42,819 nucleotides of DNA, taken from positions 1-42,819 of the IMG/VR virus record IMGVR_UViG_3300027845_000130; one strand, written 5' to 3'. The position numbers and the translations under genes are program-made. Below are positions 25,047-34,293 of the stretch, piece after piece (position 1 is the stretch's first letter; every line of letters starts with the position of its first letter). The notes below the pieces were generated by a model, which saw only the letters and a program-made list of their open reading frames with translations, was not told where the DNA came from and searched no databases. This DNA is from a virus. Its lineage: Duplodnaviria; Caudoviricetes.

Positions 25047-28000
25047 ATGCCACAAATAACTAATACGTTTCTAAAGTCTAAAATGAATAAAGACTTAGAC
25101 TCTAGAATATTACCAAATGGCGAATATAGAGATGCTCAAAATTTACAAATAAGTAGATCAGAAGGATCAGAAGTAGGAGAGTTTGAGAATATACCAGGTA
25201 ACACTGAATTAAGAAATTTATATACTGGCTTAGGTAGTAAATTTATAGGCCAGTTTACAAATGAAACGTCTGGTGATATATTTCTTTATAATTCTGGTTA
25301 TACACAAAATGATATATGCCCTCGAGATGTTGTAGTTTATTTTCAAGGTTTTATTGGTGGAGATCGAAAACTTATTCAAATAGAAAAAGCTTCAGGAACC
25401 GCATATACAAATTATGAGGTTTTAGGCATAGAAGTAGGTATGTTACTTTGGGGGGATTCATGGGGTCCATCTAGTTTACCTTCTGGAGATAATGGATATA
25501 AATCAGATGCGTTAGTTATTGACCTAAGACCTAATCAAATTGCATTAAATCAAGATTTACCTGGTAATTTACAGCCAGGAGACAAAATTTATATTGGATT
25601 TAATAACACTATTCATAGATACAATCCTATTAGTGATTCTTTAGATTTATTAGTTAGAGGAGATTTTTTAAATTTTAGTCAAAAAAATAGAATAACAGGA
25701 ATTAATCTTATAGATGATTTATTATTTTGGACAGACAATAGAAATCAACCTAGAAAAATAAATGTTAGTTTAGCTAACCCTCAATCTTTACCTTCACCAA
25801 CTCATTATGTTAATGAAGATCAAATATCTGTAGCAAAATATTATCCATATAGAACACCTTTAGTTTTAGAAGATAATAAAAGATCAATAATTGGAGGAGC
25901 TCAAGCAGTAAGTCCTTTAAAGGGTTATGTTTGTGATGTTGCTGATACTACAGGTATAAAAATAGGTGATATAGCTTCAGGATTTCCAGATCAAGGAGAT
26001 CAAGAACTATGGAACGTTATTTCAATCGACCCAAACGTTAGTGTTACAATTTATAATAACTTTAAAGACGGAGACTTAGGCCAAGGCATGTCACCTGGTA
26101 GTTTTGACGGTGCAAATGAAAAAGCAAATGTAAGTTTTAAAAGACCATCTGTAAAAAACCTTGCTAATAAAAGACAGACAAATGGTTTTGAAACCACAGC
26201 GCAAGCAGCAGGAGCTGTAGTAGCCGGTAATGATATAGTATTAAACTATAGTTATTATAATAAAGTAAATGATCAAAGCGCGCAGCCAACACCAAGAGTG
26301 GGTGACTTTATAATAAGTGAAACTTTAACAGGACCAAGTGGTGTAGGTATAACTATTGCTGATGAAGTAGTTATACAAAGCGTTGAAGAAATTGGTCCAT
26401 CAACTGTTCCGGCTCCTGTACCAGCAACAAGTATAACTTTACAACTTACAAAAGATGTAACAGTTAACGCTATTGGCGATGATGTAACAGTCGCTGCTAA
26501 TCCAGATTATGATAGTCAATTTACAGGTGATCCTGATTTAGTTGAAGAAAAATTTATAAGATTTAGCTATAGATTTAAATTTGAAGATAATGAATATTCT
26601 TTAGCAGCTCCTTATACACAAATATGTTTTATACCTAAACATAATGGTTTGTTTGGAGGAGGTCAAAACGAAAGTCTTCAAGACATGAAAGACGCTTATG
26701 ATTCAACTATTGTTGAATGGTTTACAAACAACATAGATACTGTATCTTTAAAAATACCTCTTCCAAGTATTAGTAATTCTACAAGCGCAGAAGTTATAGA
26801 CAATTTAATAAGCGAATATAAAATAACAAATATAGAAATTTTATATAAAGAAAGTGACGCGTTATCTACTAAAATACTAGAAAGTATACAAGTAGATGAT
26901 ACTATATTAAGTTCTTTTTTACAATTAATACCACAAGCTTCTATTGTAGAAGGGCCTGAATGGTATTATAATTTTGATTATAAATCTATAAAAGCTTTTA
27001 GAACCTTACCAACATCAGAACAAAATAGAGTTTACGACAATGTACCTATTAAAGCTTTAGCTCAAGAAATAACAGCTAACAGAGTTATGTATGGTAATTT
27101 TTTACAAAAACATACTCCACCAAATGGTATTGATTACGAAATAATTAATGAAGACAAGTCTGTTGCTTATGACAACTATGCTCAATACCCTTATCATACA
27201 GTAAAACAAGATAGAAGTTATCAAGCAGGTTTTGTTTTAAGCGATAGATACGGCAGAGCTTCTAGCGTTGTTTTATCTACTAATGATTCAACTCCAGGTG
27301 TAGCAGGTTCAACACTATATGTTCCTTATAAAACATTTGGAGAACTTGATGATCCTATTACAGATGTAACTACTTACAAATGGTTAGGAAATGCTTTAAG
27401 ATTAAAAATAAACAATGGTGTTACACAGATAACTAATAATTCTCAAACTGGTGAACCAGGGCTTTATAAATCTTGGACTGATACATCTGTAGATATTGTT
27501 ACAGTTACTGCTCCTGGCGTTAGTTATATTGTTGGGCAAGAAATATCATTTAATAGCGGTGAAGGAGACGGTGTTGGCTTCAGGATTAAAGTTGAAACAG
27601 TTGATGGAGCTGGCGGTGTTACTGGTTTAAGCATTATTAGTTCAGGTGAAAATTACGTTGACGGTCAAATTCTTGATAACAATATTATAATTACAGGAAG
27701 TGGTTTAAAGGTGCAAGTTACTGTAAACCCTCCTAACGTTTTAGGTTGGCAATCATACAAATTAGTTGTAAAACAACAAGAGCAAGAATATTACAATGTA
27801 TATCTTCCAGGTTACATATCTGGTTATCCAATAAAAACAGCAACTGATTACGGTAGAATAGCTTTTGCTTCTTTATTTGGAGACAATATAAATAAAGTAC
27901 CTAGAGATTTAAATGAAGTAGGACCAACTCAAAGTGAATTTAGTAGCTCTGTTGGTTTAATTGGAAGAGTTAATAATCCTAATATTGACAACAATCAAAA

Positions 28001-30092
28001 GGGTGGTGTTGGTAATTTTTATTATGAAAATAGAAACTATGCTTGGAACTGTCAATATTATCCAGGAAGATTAAAAGATGAAGCTGTAACTATAGGACCA
28101 GTTGGCGAAGGTGGTTTAGAATTAGCTAACTCTCCTTTTGATAATACTTCTTCAAAAGCTGCTTTTACTAATTCAGCCGCGGGAACTGGTCCTCATATAC
28201 CATGGGGTGATGCTGGGGAAGTGCAAAGCTTTTATAACGTAGAACAAAATCCTTTAGCTGTTGTTGTTAAAATAGGAGCTGAAGATACTCAACTAAATTT
28301 AACACAACCTGGTTCACCACAATTAAATACTTTAGGTGCTAGAGTTACTGTTAACGGAACTTTTCCAGTACCAGTTAATGACATTGGTTGTATGTATCCT
28401 TTTTTAAGTGTATCAGAAACAGAGCCTGTAGAAAGTTTGTTAGAAATATTTTATGAAACTTCTACTTCTGGAAACTTTGTAGATTTAAATGATACAGTAT
28501 TAGCAGATTATGGAGGTGTAACTAAAACGTCTCTTACGCTTGGTAGTTTTGATGAAGACGTTCCTAGTGGAACTGATATTATTACTTCATTTGATTTTCA
28601 AGATTCAGCGGGTAATACGTTGGTTTTAGACGGTGATCCAGCTGCTCCAGCAACAAACCCTCCTGATATTGGAGTAATAATAACTCAAGTGTTAGATTCT
28701 AATGGTAACGATGTAACAGGAATATTTAGTATAAATGCTTCTGTTGCAGGATCTTACGATAAATTTGATCTTAAAACAAACGATTTGTTTTGGTATGGAT
28801 ATTCTTCTGGAACCAAATCAAATCAATGGTTTGTAAGCTTTCAAACAAGTTATCAAGCTGGAACTTTTATAGATGTATTATCAAACGAAATAACTATTAA
28901 TCTAAATAACATAGCGCCAACCATAGGAGGTTTTACACCTGCACAAACTAGCGATTTAACACAACTTAATATTGAACAAGCGTGCTCTAAACCAGGTGGT
29001 ACAGCAGGTTATGACACTACAATGACAGGTGATTTTGGTCAATTTACTAATGCTAAAAACGGTTCGGCAGACGTAACTAATGAAACTCAAGATTTATGTT
29101 ATACTTTAAGTGTTACATCAGAACCTGTTGGTTCTACAGCTATATGGGCAATAAGTCAAGATGGTACTTTAAGTTTAACAAGCGGAACTTTAGTTAACGG
29201 TACTTATGTTTTTGAATGCACTGTTACTGATGCAGCTTCTTCTTGTGTTTTAGATGCTGGTAGCTTATCAACAACATGTGAGTATGAGTTATTATTTGGA
29301 ACACCTCCAACTAATCAAGCTATATGTTTTGGTCCTACATCTGCTATGAGCTCACTAGACACTTCTTGTAATTACATAAACAACAGCGGTGGACTTACAC
29401 ACACTGGTCAACCTTTAGAGGTATTTTTTGGAGCTAATAGATTTGTATCAGATGCGTTTGATGTAGGCGTAACTGGAAGTGGAACTTCTGTTATTTTACA
29501 AGACATTGATAATGGCTTTGTTCCAAGTAAAGGAAGTTTTGGATATGGACTATCTTCAGGTAGTAATTTTAATCTTAGATATTACAATGTTTTACAAGAA
29601 GGTAACCCTAATTTTACAAGCTCACCTCCAGCTTTTAATTGTGTTACGATACCTCCAACAGTACCTCCAGATCCTAATTTTACAACAGGAGCTTTAACTC
29701 AAGGTATAATGGCTATTCAAGCTATACTAACTAAGTCAGTATCTATTCCTGGACAAGTCGAAAATAGTTATAGAACAGCATTTACAATTTTATACCGCGC
29801 GGATAGTAGTGCTGCTTGGACACTAGCTACTTGCTTAGCTTTTTCACCTTCTAAACCAGCCGGTGGAACTATAGGTAATTTTAATGAGTTAGATGTTGAT
29901 GGAGCAGGTGCAACAACAGCTAGTCAAACATATTTTTTCCAAGCTGTTGGAGAATATGCAGTTAGAAACAATGGAGTTTCTTCGGTTGGTTGCAACGAGT
30001 GTAGTGTTTGTGCAGAGTTTACTGTTAACTACTATGATGCTGGACAAACGCAACCAGTTAATGGATGCACAGACTGTCTTGGACCACTGTAA
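25047..30092 (+). CDS. Tail stabilisation/muzzle-type protein (P22 gp10-like), N-terminal part, with inserted and appended beta-rich domains
   Basis: KMNKDLDSRILPNGEYRDAQN start, ITGINLIDDLLFWTDNRNQPRKIN, RFSYRFKFEDNEYS, NRVMYGNF, DRYGRAS, EIFYETS. Confidence 0.7.
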   Translation: MPQITNTFLKSKMNKDLDSRILPNGEYRDAQNLQISRSEGSEVGEFENIPGNTELRNLYTGLGSKFIGQFTNETSGDIFLYNSGYTQNDICPRDVVVYFQGFIGGDRKLIQIEKASGTAYTNYEVLGIEVGMLLWGDSWGPSSLPSGDNGYKSDALVIDLRPNQIALNQDLPGNLQPGDKIYIGFNNTIHRYNPISDSLDLLVRGDFLNFSQKNRITGINLIDDLLFWTDNRNQPRKINVSLANPQSLPSPTHYVNEDQISVAKYYPYRTPLVLEDNKRSIIGGAQAVSPLKGYVCDVADTTGIKIGDIASGFPDQGDQELWNVISIDPNVSVTIYNNFKDGDLGQGMSPGSFDGANEKANVSFKRPSVKNLANKRQTNGFETTAQAAGAVVAGNDIVLNYSYYNKVNDQSAQPTPRVGDFIISETLTGPSGVGITIADEVVIQSVEEIGPSTVPAPVPATSITLQLTKDVTVNAIGDDVTVAANPDYDSQFTGDPDLVEEKFIRFSYRFKFEDNEYSLAAPYTQICFIPKHNGLFGGGQNESLQDMKDAYDSTIVEWFTNNIDTVSLKIPLPSISNSTSAEVIDNLISEYKITNIEILYKESDALSTKILESIQVDDTILSSFLQLIPQASIVEGPEWYYNFDYKSIKAFRTLPTSEQNRVYDNVPIKALAQEITANRVMYGNFLQKHTPPNGIDYEIINEDKSVAYDNYAQYPYHTVKQDRSYQAGFVLSDRYGRASSVVLSTNDSTPGVAGSTLYVPYKTFGELDDPITDVTTYKWLGNALRLKINNGVTQITNNSQTGEPGLYKSWTDTSVDIVTVTAPGVSYIVGQEISFNSGEGDGVGFRIKVETVDGAGGVTGLSIISSGENYVDGQILDNNIIITGSGLKVQVTVNPPNVLGWQSYKLVVKQQEQEYYNVYLPGYISGYPIKTATDYGRIAFASLFGDNINKVPRDLNEVGPTQSEFSSSVGLIGRVNNPNIDNNQKGGVGNFYYENRNYAWNCQYYPGRLKDEAVTIGPVGEGGLELANSPFDNTSSKAAFTNSAAGTGPHIPWGDAGEVQSFYNVEQNPLAVVVKIGAEDTQLNLTQPGSPQLNTLGARVTVNGTFPVPVNDIGCMYPFLSVSETEPVESLLEIFYETSTSGNFVDLNDTVLADYGGVTKTSLTLGSFDEDVPSGTDIITSFDFQDSAGNTLVLDGDPAAPATNPPDIGVIITQVLDSNGNDVTGIFSINASVAGSYDKFDLKTNDLFWYGYSSGTKSNQWFVSFQTSYQAGTFIDVLSNEITINLNNIAPTIGGFTPAQTSDLTQLNIEQACSKPGGTAGYDTTMTGDFGQFTNAKNGSADVTNETQDLCYTLSVTSEPVGSTAIWAISQDGTLSLTSGTLVNGTYVFECTVTDAASSCVLDAGSLSTTCEYELLFGTPPTNQAICFGPTSAMSSLDTSCNYINNSGGLTHTGQPLEVFFGANRFVSDAFDVGVTGSGTSVILQDIDNGFVPSKGSFGYGLSSGSNFNLRYYNVLQEGNPNFTSSPPAFNCVTIPPTVPPDPNFTTGALTQGIMAIQAILTKSVSIPGQVENSYRTAFTILYRADSSAAWTLATCLAFSPSKPAGGTIGNFNELDVDGAGATTASQTYFFQAVGEYAVRNNGVSSVGCNECSVCAEFTVNYYDAGQTQPVNGCTDCLGPL

Positions 30093-30121
30093 TAAAAATA
30101 TAAAATAAGTAATAATAATAT

Positions 30122-31567
30122 ATGGCGACTACACTAGAAATATCGTACTTTAATTCCTTTTGGCTGAAGAGACTAAAAAACGCTACTCAGTTTCAAGAAA
30201 GAAAACCAGACGGTAGTCTTGAATTAATAACGCCGCCTTATTCTGTAGGAGGAGGAACAACAACTGGTACGCCAGATATAACTACTGGTGCAGGGTATAT
30301 TGATTCAAACGTGAATGAAGATTGGTTTATAGAAGAAGCAAGAATAGAAGGTGGTTTTAATAACGCTTCTGTTGACTTTGGTAACAAAGCTTACATCGTA
30401 GAAGAAGAATCTAGACAGGAACGTAGAAAAAACGCTATAATATACTCAGGTGTATATAATTCTAAAAACGGTATTAATAATAGTAATCAATTTCCTATTG
30501 GAGAAGATATTACAAGAGCAGTTGATCCTTCGTCTGGAAGCATACAGAAATTATTTGCAGAAAATACAAACTTAGTTATATTTCAAGAGCGTAAAGTTAA
30601 TAGAGCGCCTATAGATAAAGACGTTATATTTACACAAGAAGGACAACCTTTAACAGCTAACAGTACTTTAGTTGTTGGAACACCAACTCCTTTTGAAGGT
30701 AACTTTGGTATTTCTGAAGACCCAACTTCTTTTGCTACATATGGATACTTTAAATATTTTACAGATAGAGATCGTGGAGTAACAATGCAATTAGGACCTA
30801 ATGGTCTTACTGAAATATCTAATTTCGGTATGATTGATTATTTTAGAGATACATTTAATTCTTTAAACTCTCTTTCTAATCAAGAAATTATAGGTGGTTA
30901 TGATGTTTTTCAAAAAAACTATGTAGTAACTTTAGCCTCACAAACTTTACATTACGATACTTCTGTGAATGGTTGGGTTAGTTTTCAAACATATATACCA
31001 GACTTGTCTACAAGTTTACAAGGCGAATATTATACTTTTGCTAAAAATAGTATTTGGAAACATTATAGTAATAATAAATACAATACTTTTTATGATGAAT
31101 ATAGAAAGTCTAGTGTTACTTTTGTGTTTAATCCTCAACCTACGCTTACAAAAACTTTTAAAACTGTAGAGTATACTGGTAGTAATGGTTGGCAAGTTGA
31201 TTTTTCTACTGTTGATTACACTGGAACAGATACAAATCCACAGCAACCAGGTCTTGGAGAAACTGATTTAGAACAAGAAGGTAATAGAATACTTAGTTAC
31301 GACGAAGGTTTTTACACTAATGCAGGCATAGAATACAGGGCAGGTTTTGACAGAAAACAAAATAAATATTACGCGCCTATAAAAGCAAACAATGCTACTT
31401 TACCTGGTCAAGTAATATTAGGTGGTGGAATTGTTCCAAACGAATATAGCAACAATAGTGGCATAAAAGGTATGTATTTAACAGTTACTTTCTCTACAGA
31501 TAACGCAACATTTAAAGACGACTCTAAACAATTGTTTTCTGTAAGTAGTAATTACAATAATAGATAA
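30122..31567 (+). CDS. Tail stabilisation/muzzle-type protein, C-terminal beta-propeller part
   Basis: IIYSGVYNS..NQF, GSIQKL, LVIFQERKV, FGISEDPTSFA, YFTDRDRG, GWVSF, KTFKTVEYTG. Confidence 0.65.
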   Translation: MATTLEISYFNSFWLKRLKNATQFQERKPDGSLELITPPYSVGGGTTTGTPDITTGAGYIDSNVNEDWFIEEARIEGGFNNASVDFGNKAYIVEEESRQERRKNAIIYSGVYNSKNGINNSNQFPIGEDITRAVDPSSGSIQKLFAENTNLVIFQERKVNRAPIDKDVIFTQEGQPLTANSTLVVGTPTPFEGNFGISEDPTSFATYGYFKYFTDRDRGVTMQLGPNGLTEISNFGMIDYFRDTFNSLNSLSNQEIIGGYDVFQKNYVVTLASQTLHYDTSVNGWVSFQTYIPDLSTSLQGEYYTFAKNSIWKHYSNNKYNTFYDEYRKSSVTFVFNPQPTLTKTFKTVEYTGSNGWQVDFSTVDYTGTDTNPQQPGLGETDLEQEGNRILSYDEGFYTNAGIEYRAGFDRKQNKYYAPIKANNATLPGQVILGGGIVPNEYSNNSGIKGMYLTVTFSTDNATFKDDSKQLFSVSSNYNNR

Positions 31568-31577
31568 ATATAATCAT

Positions 31578-31985
31578 ATGAAATTAAATTCAAGAGGACT
31601 AACTGAAAATGACTGGAAGTTGTTAGAAAGTTGGTGGAAAGACTGGGGTTGGCCCGTGTTAAATAAAGATATATTACCTGACAATGGAACAGGTGGTATT
31701 ATGATTGAAAATGAAGGCAAACCAATTGCCGCTGGTTTTTTATACTGGAGCAATTCAGGCTTATGTTGGTTAGACTGGGTAATATCTGATCACAAAGGAA
31801 ACAAAAGAGCTAGACCTTTAGCAGTAAAGCTATTGATAGAAACAGCAGAAGAACTAGTAAAGGCAGCAGGTAAAAAATGCCTAATGTCAATAAGCAGAAG
31901 TAATAGCTTGTTAAAAATACATAAAAAATTAGGGTGGACAATTGATGAAACTCCATCCCACGAAATGATAAAAAGAATAATTTAA
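31578..31985 (+). CDS. GNAT-fold acetyltransferase-like protein
   Basis: R.L.E.D start, MIENEGKPIAAGFLY beta hairpin, WLDWVISD, LLKIHKKLGW terminal motif. Confidence 0.6.
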   Translation: MKLNSRGLTENDWKLLESWWKDWGWPVLNKDILPDNGTGGIMIENEGKPIAAGFLYWSNSGLCWLDWVISDHKGNKRARPLAVKLLIETAEELVKAAGKKCLMSISRSNSLLKIHKKLGWTIDETPSHEMIKRII

Positions 31986-31995
31986 AAATAATAAT

Positions 31996-32718
31996 ATGGC
32001 AGCAATAGCAGCAGTAGCAGTCGGAGTTGGAAAAGCAGTAGGAGGAGCAGTAAAAGCCGGTAAAGCGCATAAAGAAATGCGTAGAGCTAGAGGAAGAAAA
32101 CAAGAAGCAAAAGCTGGGATGTTAAGCGCTATGGCGAATAGAGCAGAAATAACAAACCCATACGCAGGAGTAACTGATCTATCTGGACTAGCCAGCGATT
32201 TATCAAGCCAAATATCTAACCCATATAACCAACTAAGTGTTTCGACAGCAGCTGCAGAAATGCAAATTGAAGAAGCTGATATATCCTTAGCTAATACTCT
32301 TGATACTTTAGAACAAACGGGAGCAAGTGCTGGCGGTGCTACGGCTTTAGCTATGGCAGCTTTAAAATCTAAAAAAGGAGTAGCAGCAGATATTAGTAAG
32401 CAAGAAGCGGACAATGCTAAACTAAGAGCTCAAGGTGAGGCTCAGATGATGCGAGAAAAAGTAGCAGCAACTACTAGATATCAAGATGTATTGATAAAAC
32501 AAGGAACAAGAGTTGAAGACTCTGAGATTGCTGGAGAAGTATTTCAGTTTCAAGCTCAAGAAAATAGAAGTAACGCAGACATAAACATGTACTCACAGCA
32601 GTATCAAGGCTTTGCTAATCAACAATCACAAGCTTCTCTTGCTTCAGCTGCAGGAACAGGACAAATGATATCAGGTATTGGGTCAATAGCCGGTGGTTTA
32701 CTAGGATCTGACGAATAA
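31996..32718 (+). CDS. Probable internal virion/ejection protein (small)
   Basis: Ala/Gly-rich hydrophobic termini (MAAIAAVAVGVG; GIGSIAGGLLG), helical A/Q-rich core; follows the tail genes. Confidence 0.65.
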   Translation: MAAIAAVAVGVGKAVGGAVKAGKAHKEMRRARGRKQEAKAGMLSAMANRAEITNPYAGVTDLSGLASDLSSQISNPYNQLSVSTAAAEMQIEEADISLANTLDTLEQTGASAGGATALAMAALKSKKGVAADISKQEADNAKLRAQGEAQMMREKVAATTRYQDVLIKQGTRVEDSEIAGEVFQFQAQENRSNADINMYSQQYQGFANQQSQASLASAAGTGQMISGIGSIAGGLLGSDE

Positions 32719-32730
32719 AAAAAATAAAAA

Positions 32731-34284
32731 ATGAACGAAATAATCAAAGCTCATAATAGTAAAATTAATAGACTTGTTAACGTGTCTCAAGTAAGACGCG
32801 CTAATGAGTTAGACTTTTTTACAGATGCTAGTATAAAATATCGTAAATATTTAAACAGTCCTTTAGCTTTAAATAAAAACGAAGACAAAAATCTTTCAGA
32901 CATTATAGTGAAAACTTTTTTAGAACAAGCTCAAGATCAAGAGATGGGAGTTCTAGTGAGACAAACTAGACTAGCTACTGACATCAAGAACATGAGTCAG
33001 GAGCAAATAAAAGAAGACAGAGAATATATATCAACATTTTTCTCAAGATTAACATCAATACAAGAAATAGGAGGATATTTAGTAGTTGCCGTAGAGCCTG
33101 TTAAACCAGATAATTTACCTGCTTTTATATCTAGCTATAATGAGATTAATATAAACGGGACAAACGAAAGAACTAAAGATAGAAACATGTTTATGGTCGC
33201 TGCTTGGGCTGATTTATTTAATTATTTTGATGATGTAAAGGTCGAAAAAAACTTTACGTTTCGACAAACAAACAATGGAGAAATAGCGGTTTTAAATCAA
33301 AGAATAAAAATAAAAATAACTGGTGAAACTTTTAGTAAATATTTGCACAAAAAACCTTATATTATAGATGATTTTTTAGCAAATAAAAATATAAGTTTTG
33401 ATGAAAACATGGAAGGTTATTACACTATATATGGAGAAGTTGATTCTACTCAAATTCCTAATGGGGATTTATTAGATCTTTATTTATCCGAAGTTCCAAC
33501 TAATATGGATCTAGGTTCTACTTTTGACAACGCTGGTATAACTATAAACGCAACTATTCAACCTCAATATTTTCTAGGTGGTACTATTCCGCAAGGAGAT
33601 AGAAATGATCCAGGACAAGACACAGCTATTCAAATACCTATGTTTAGTATAGAAGGTAATAAAGTAAAAAAGTCCATGATTAAACCTGTAAACACAACAG
33701 CTATAAACATGACACCTGCTTACAAGGCTGAGATTAATAACCATGTAGCTAGTTTATTTGCTATAGCTAGTGGTAATATATCTGTATTATCTGGCTACAC
33801 TAATAAAAGACTAGGTATTGACTTACCTTTAGGTATAAACGAAGTAGCTACTAAAGAATTACAATCAATGTATGAGTCTTTATCTCCAGAAGGTAAGGCT
33901 AGTTTTGTAGGTAATAGATATCAATTTAATACTATATCTAAAAACTCTAGTCAAAAGATTAGTTTAGTAGATGCTCAAAAAGCTTTTGTAACGCAATTGA
34001 TTATGGACTCTAATTTAGATATTAAAATAATACAAGAAGATGTTCCAGGTGGACCAAGCTTTGTTAAAGAAACTTTAACAGATCAAACAAAACAAGGTCA
34101 AGATTTAATAAAAGCATTAAACGAAAATCAAATGCCAGTGCCAGATTTTTACAAAAATCAACTAGGTATAACTGAGTGGCAAGCTGGTTTACCTTTATTT
34201 TATCAAAAGTTACCAGAAGAATCAAACGAATTACCAGCAGAACTTGACGAACAAACGGCAGCTTTGGTTGCTCAATATTCTTAA
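32731..34284 (+). CDS. Probable internal virion/ejection protein (middle)
   Basis: 517-aa ORF between the small ejection-type gene and the giant gene; positional inference only. Confidence 0.5.
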   Translation: MNEIIKAHNSKINRLVNVSQVRRANELDFFTDASIKYRKYLNSPLALNKNEDKNLSDIIVKTFLEQAQDQEMGVLVRQTRLATDIKNMSQEQIKEDREYISTFFSRLTSIQEIGGYLVVAVEPVKPDNLPAFISSYNEININGTNERTKDRNMFMVAAWADLFNYFDDVKVEKNFTFRQTNNGEIAVLNQRIKIKITGETFSKYLHKKPYIIDDFLANKNISFDENMEGYYTIYGEVDSTQIPNGDLLDLYLSEVPTNMDLGSTFDNAGITINATIQPQYFLGGTIPQGDRNDPGQDTAIQIPMFSIEGNKVKKSMIKPVNTTAINMTPAYKAEINNHVASLFAIASGNISVLSGYTNKRLGIDLPLGINEVATKELQSMYESLSPEGKASFVGNRYQFNTISKNSSQKISLVDAQKAFVTQLIMDSNLDIKIIQEDVPGGPSFVKETLTDQTKQGQDLIKALNENQMPVPDFYKNQLGITEWQAGLPLFYQKLPEESNELPAELDEQTAALVAQYS

Positions 34285-34293
34285 TATAATTAT

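Noticed and set aside
1978-30118. Late promoter motif GT(A/G)ATAAT at about 1978, 4780, 13141 and 30109
   Set aside because: Plausible, but short, very AT-rich and sometimes overlapping stop codons or coding sequence; I cannot separate it from background by eye.
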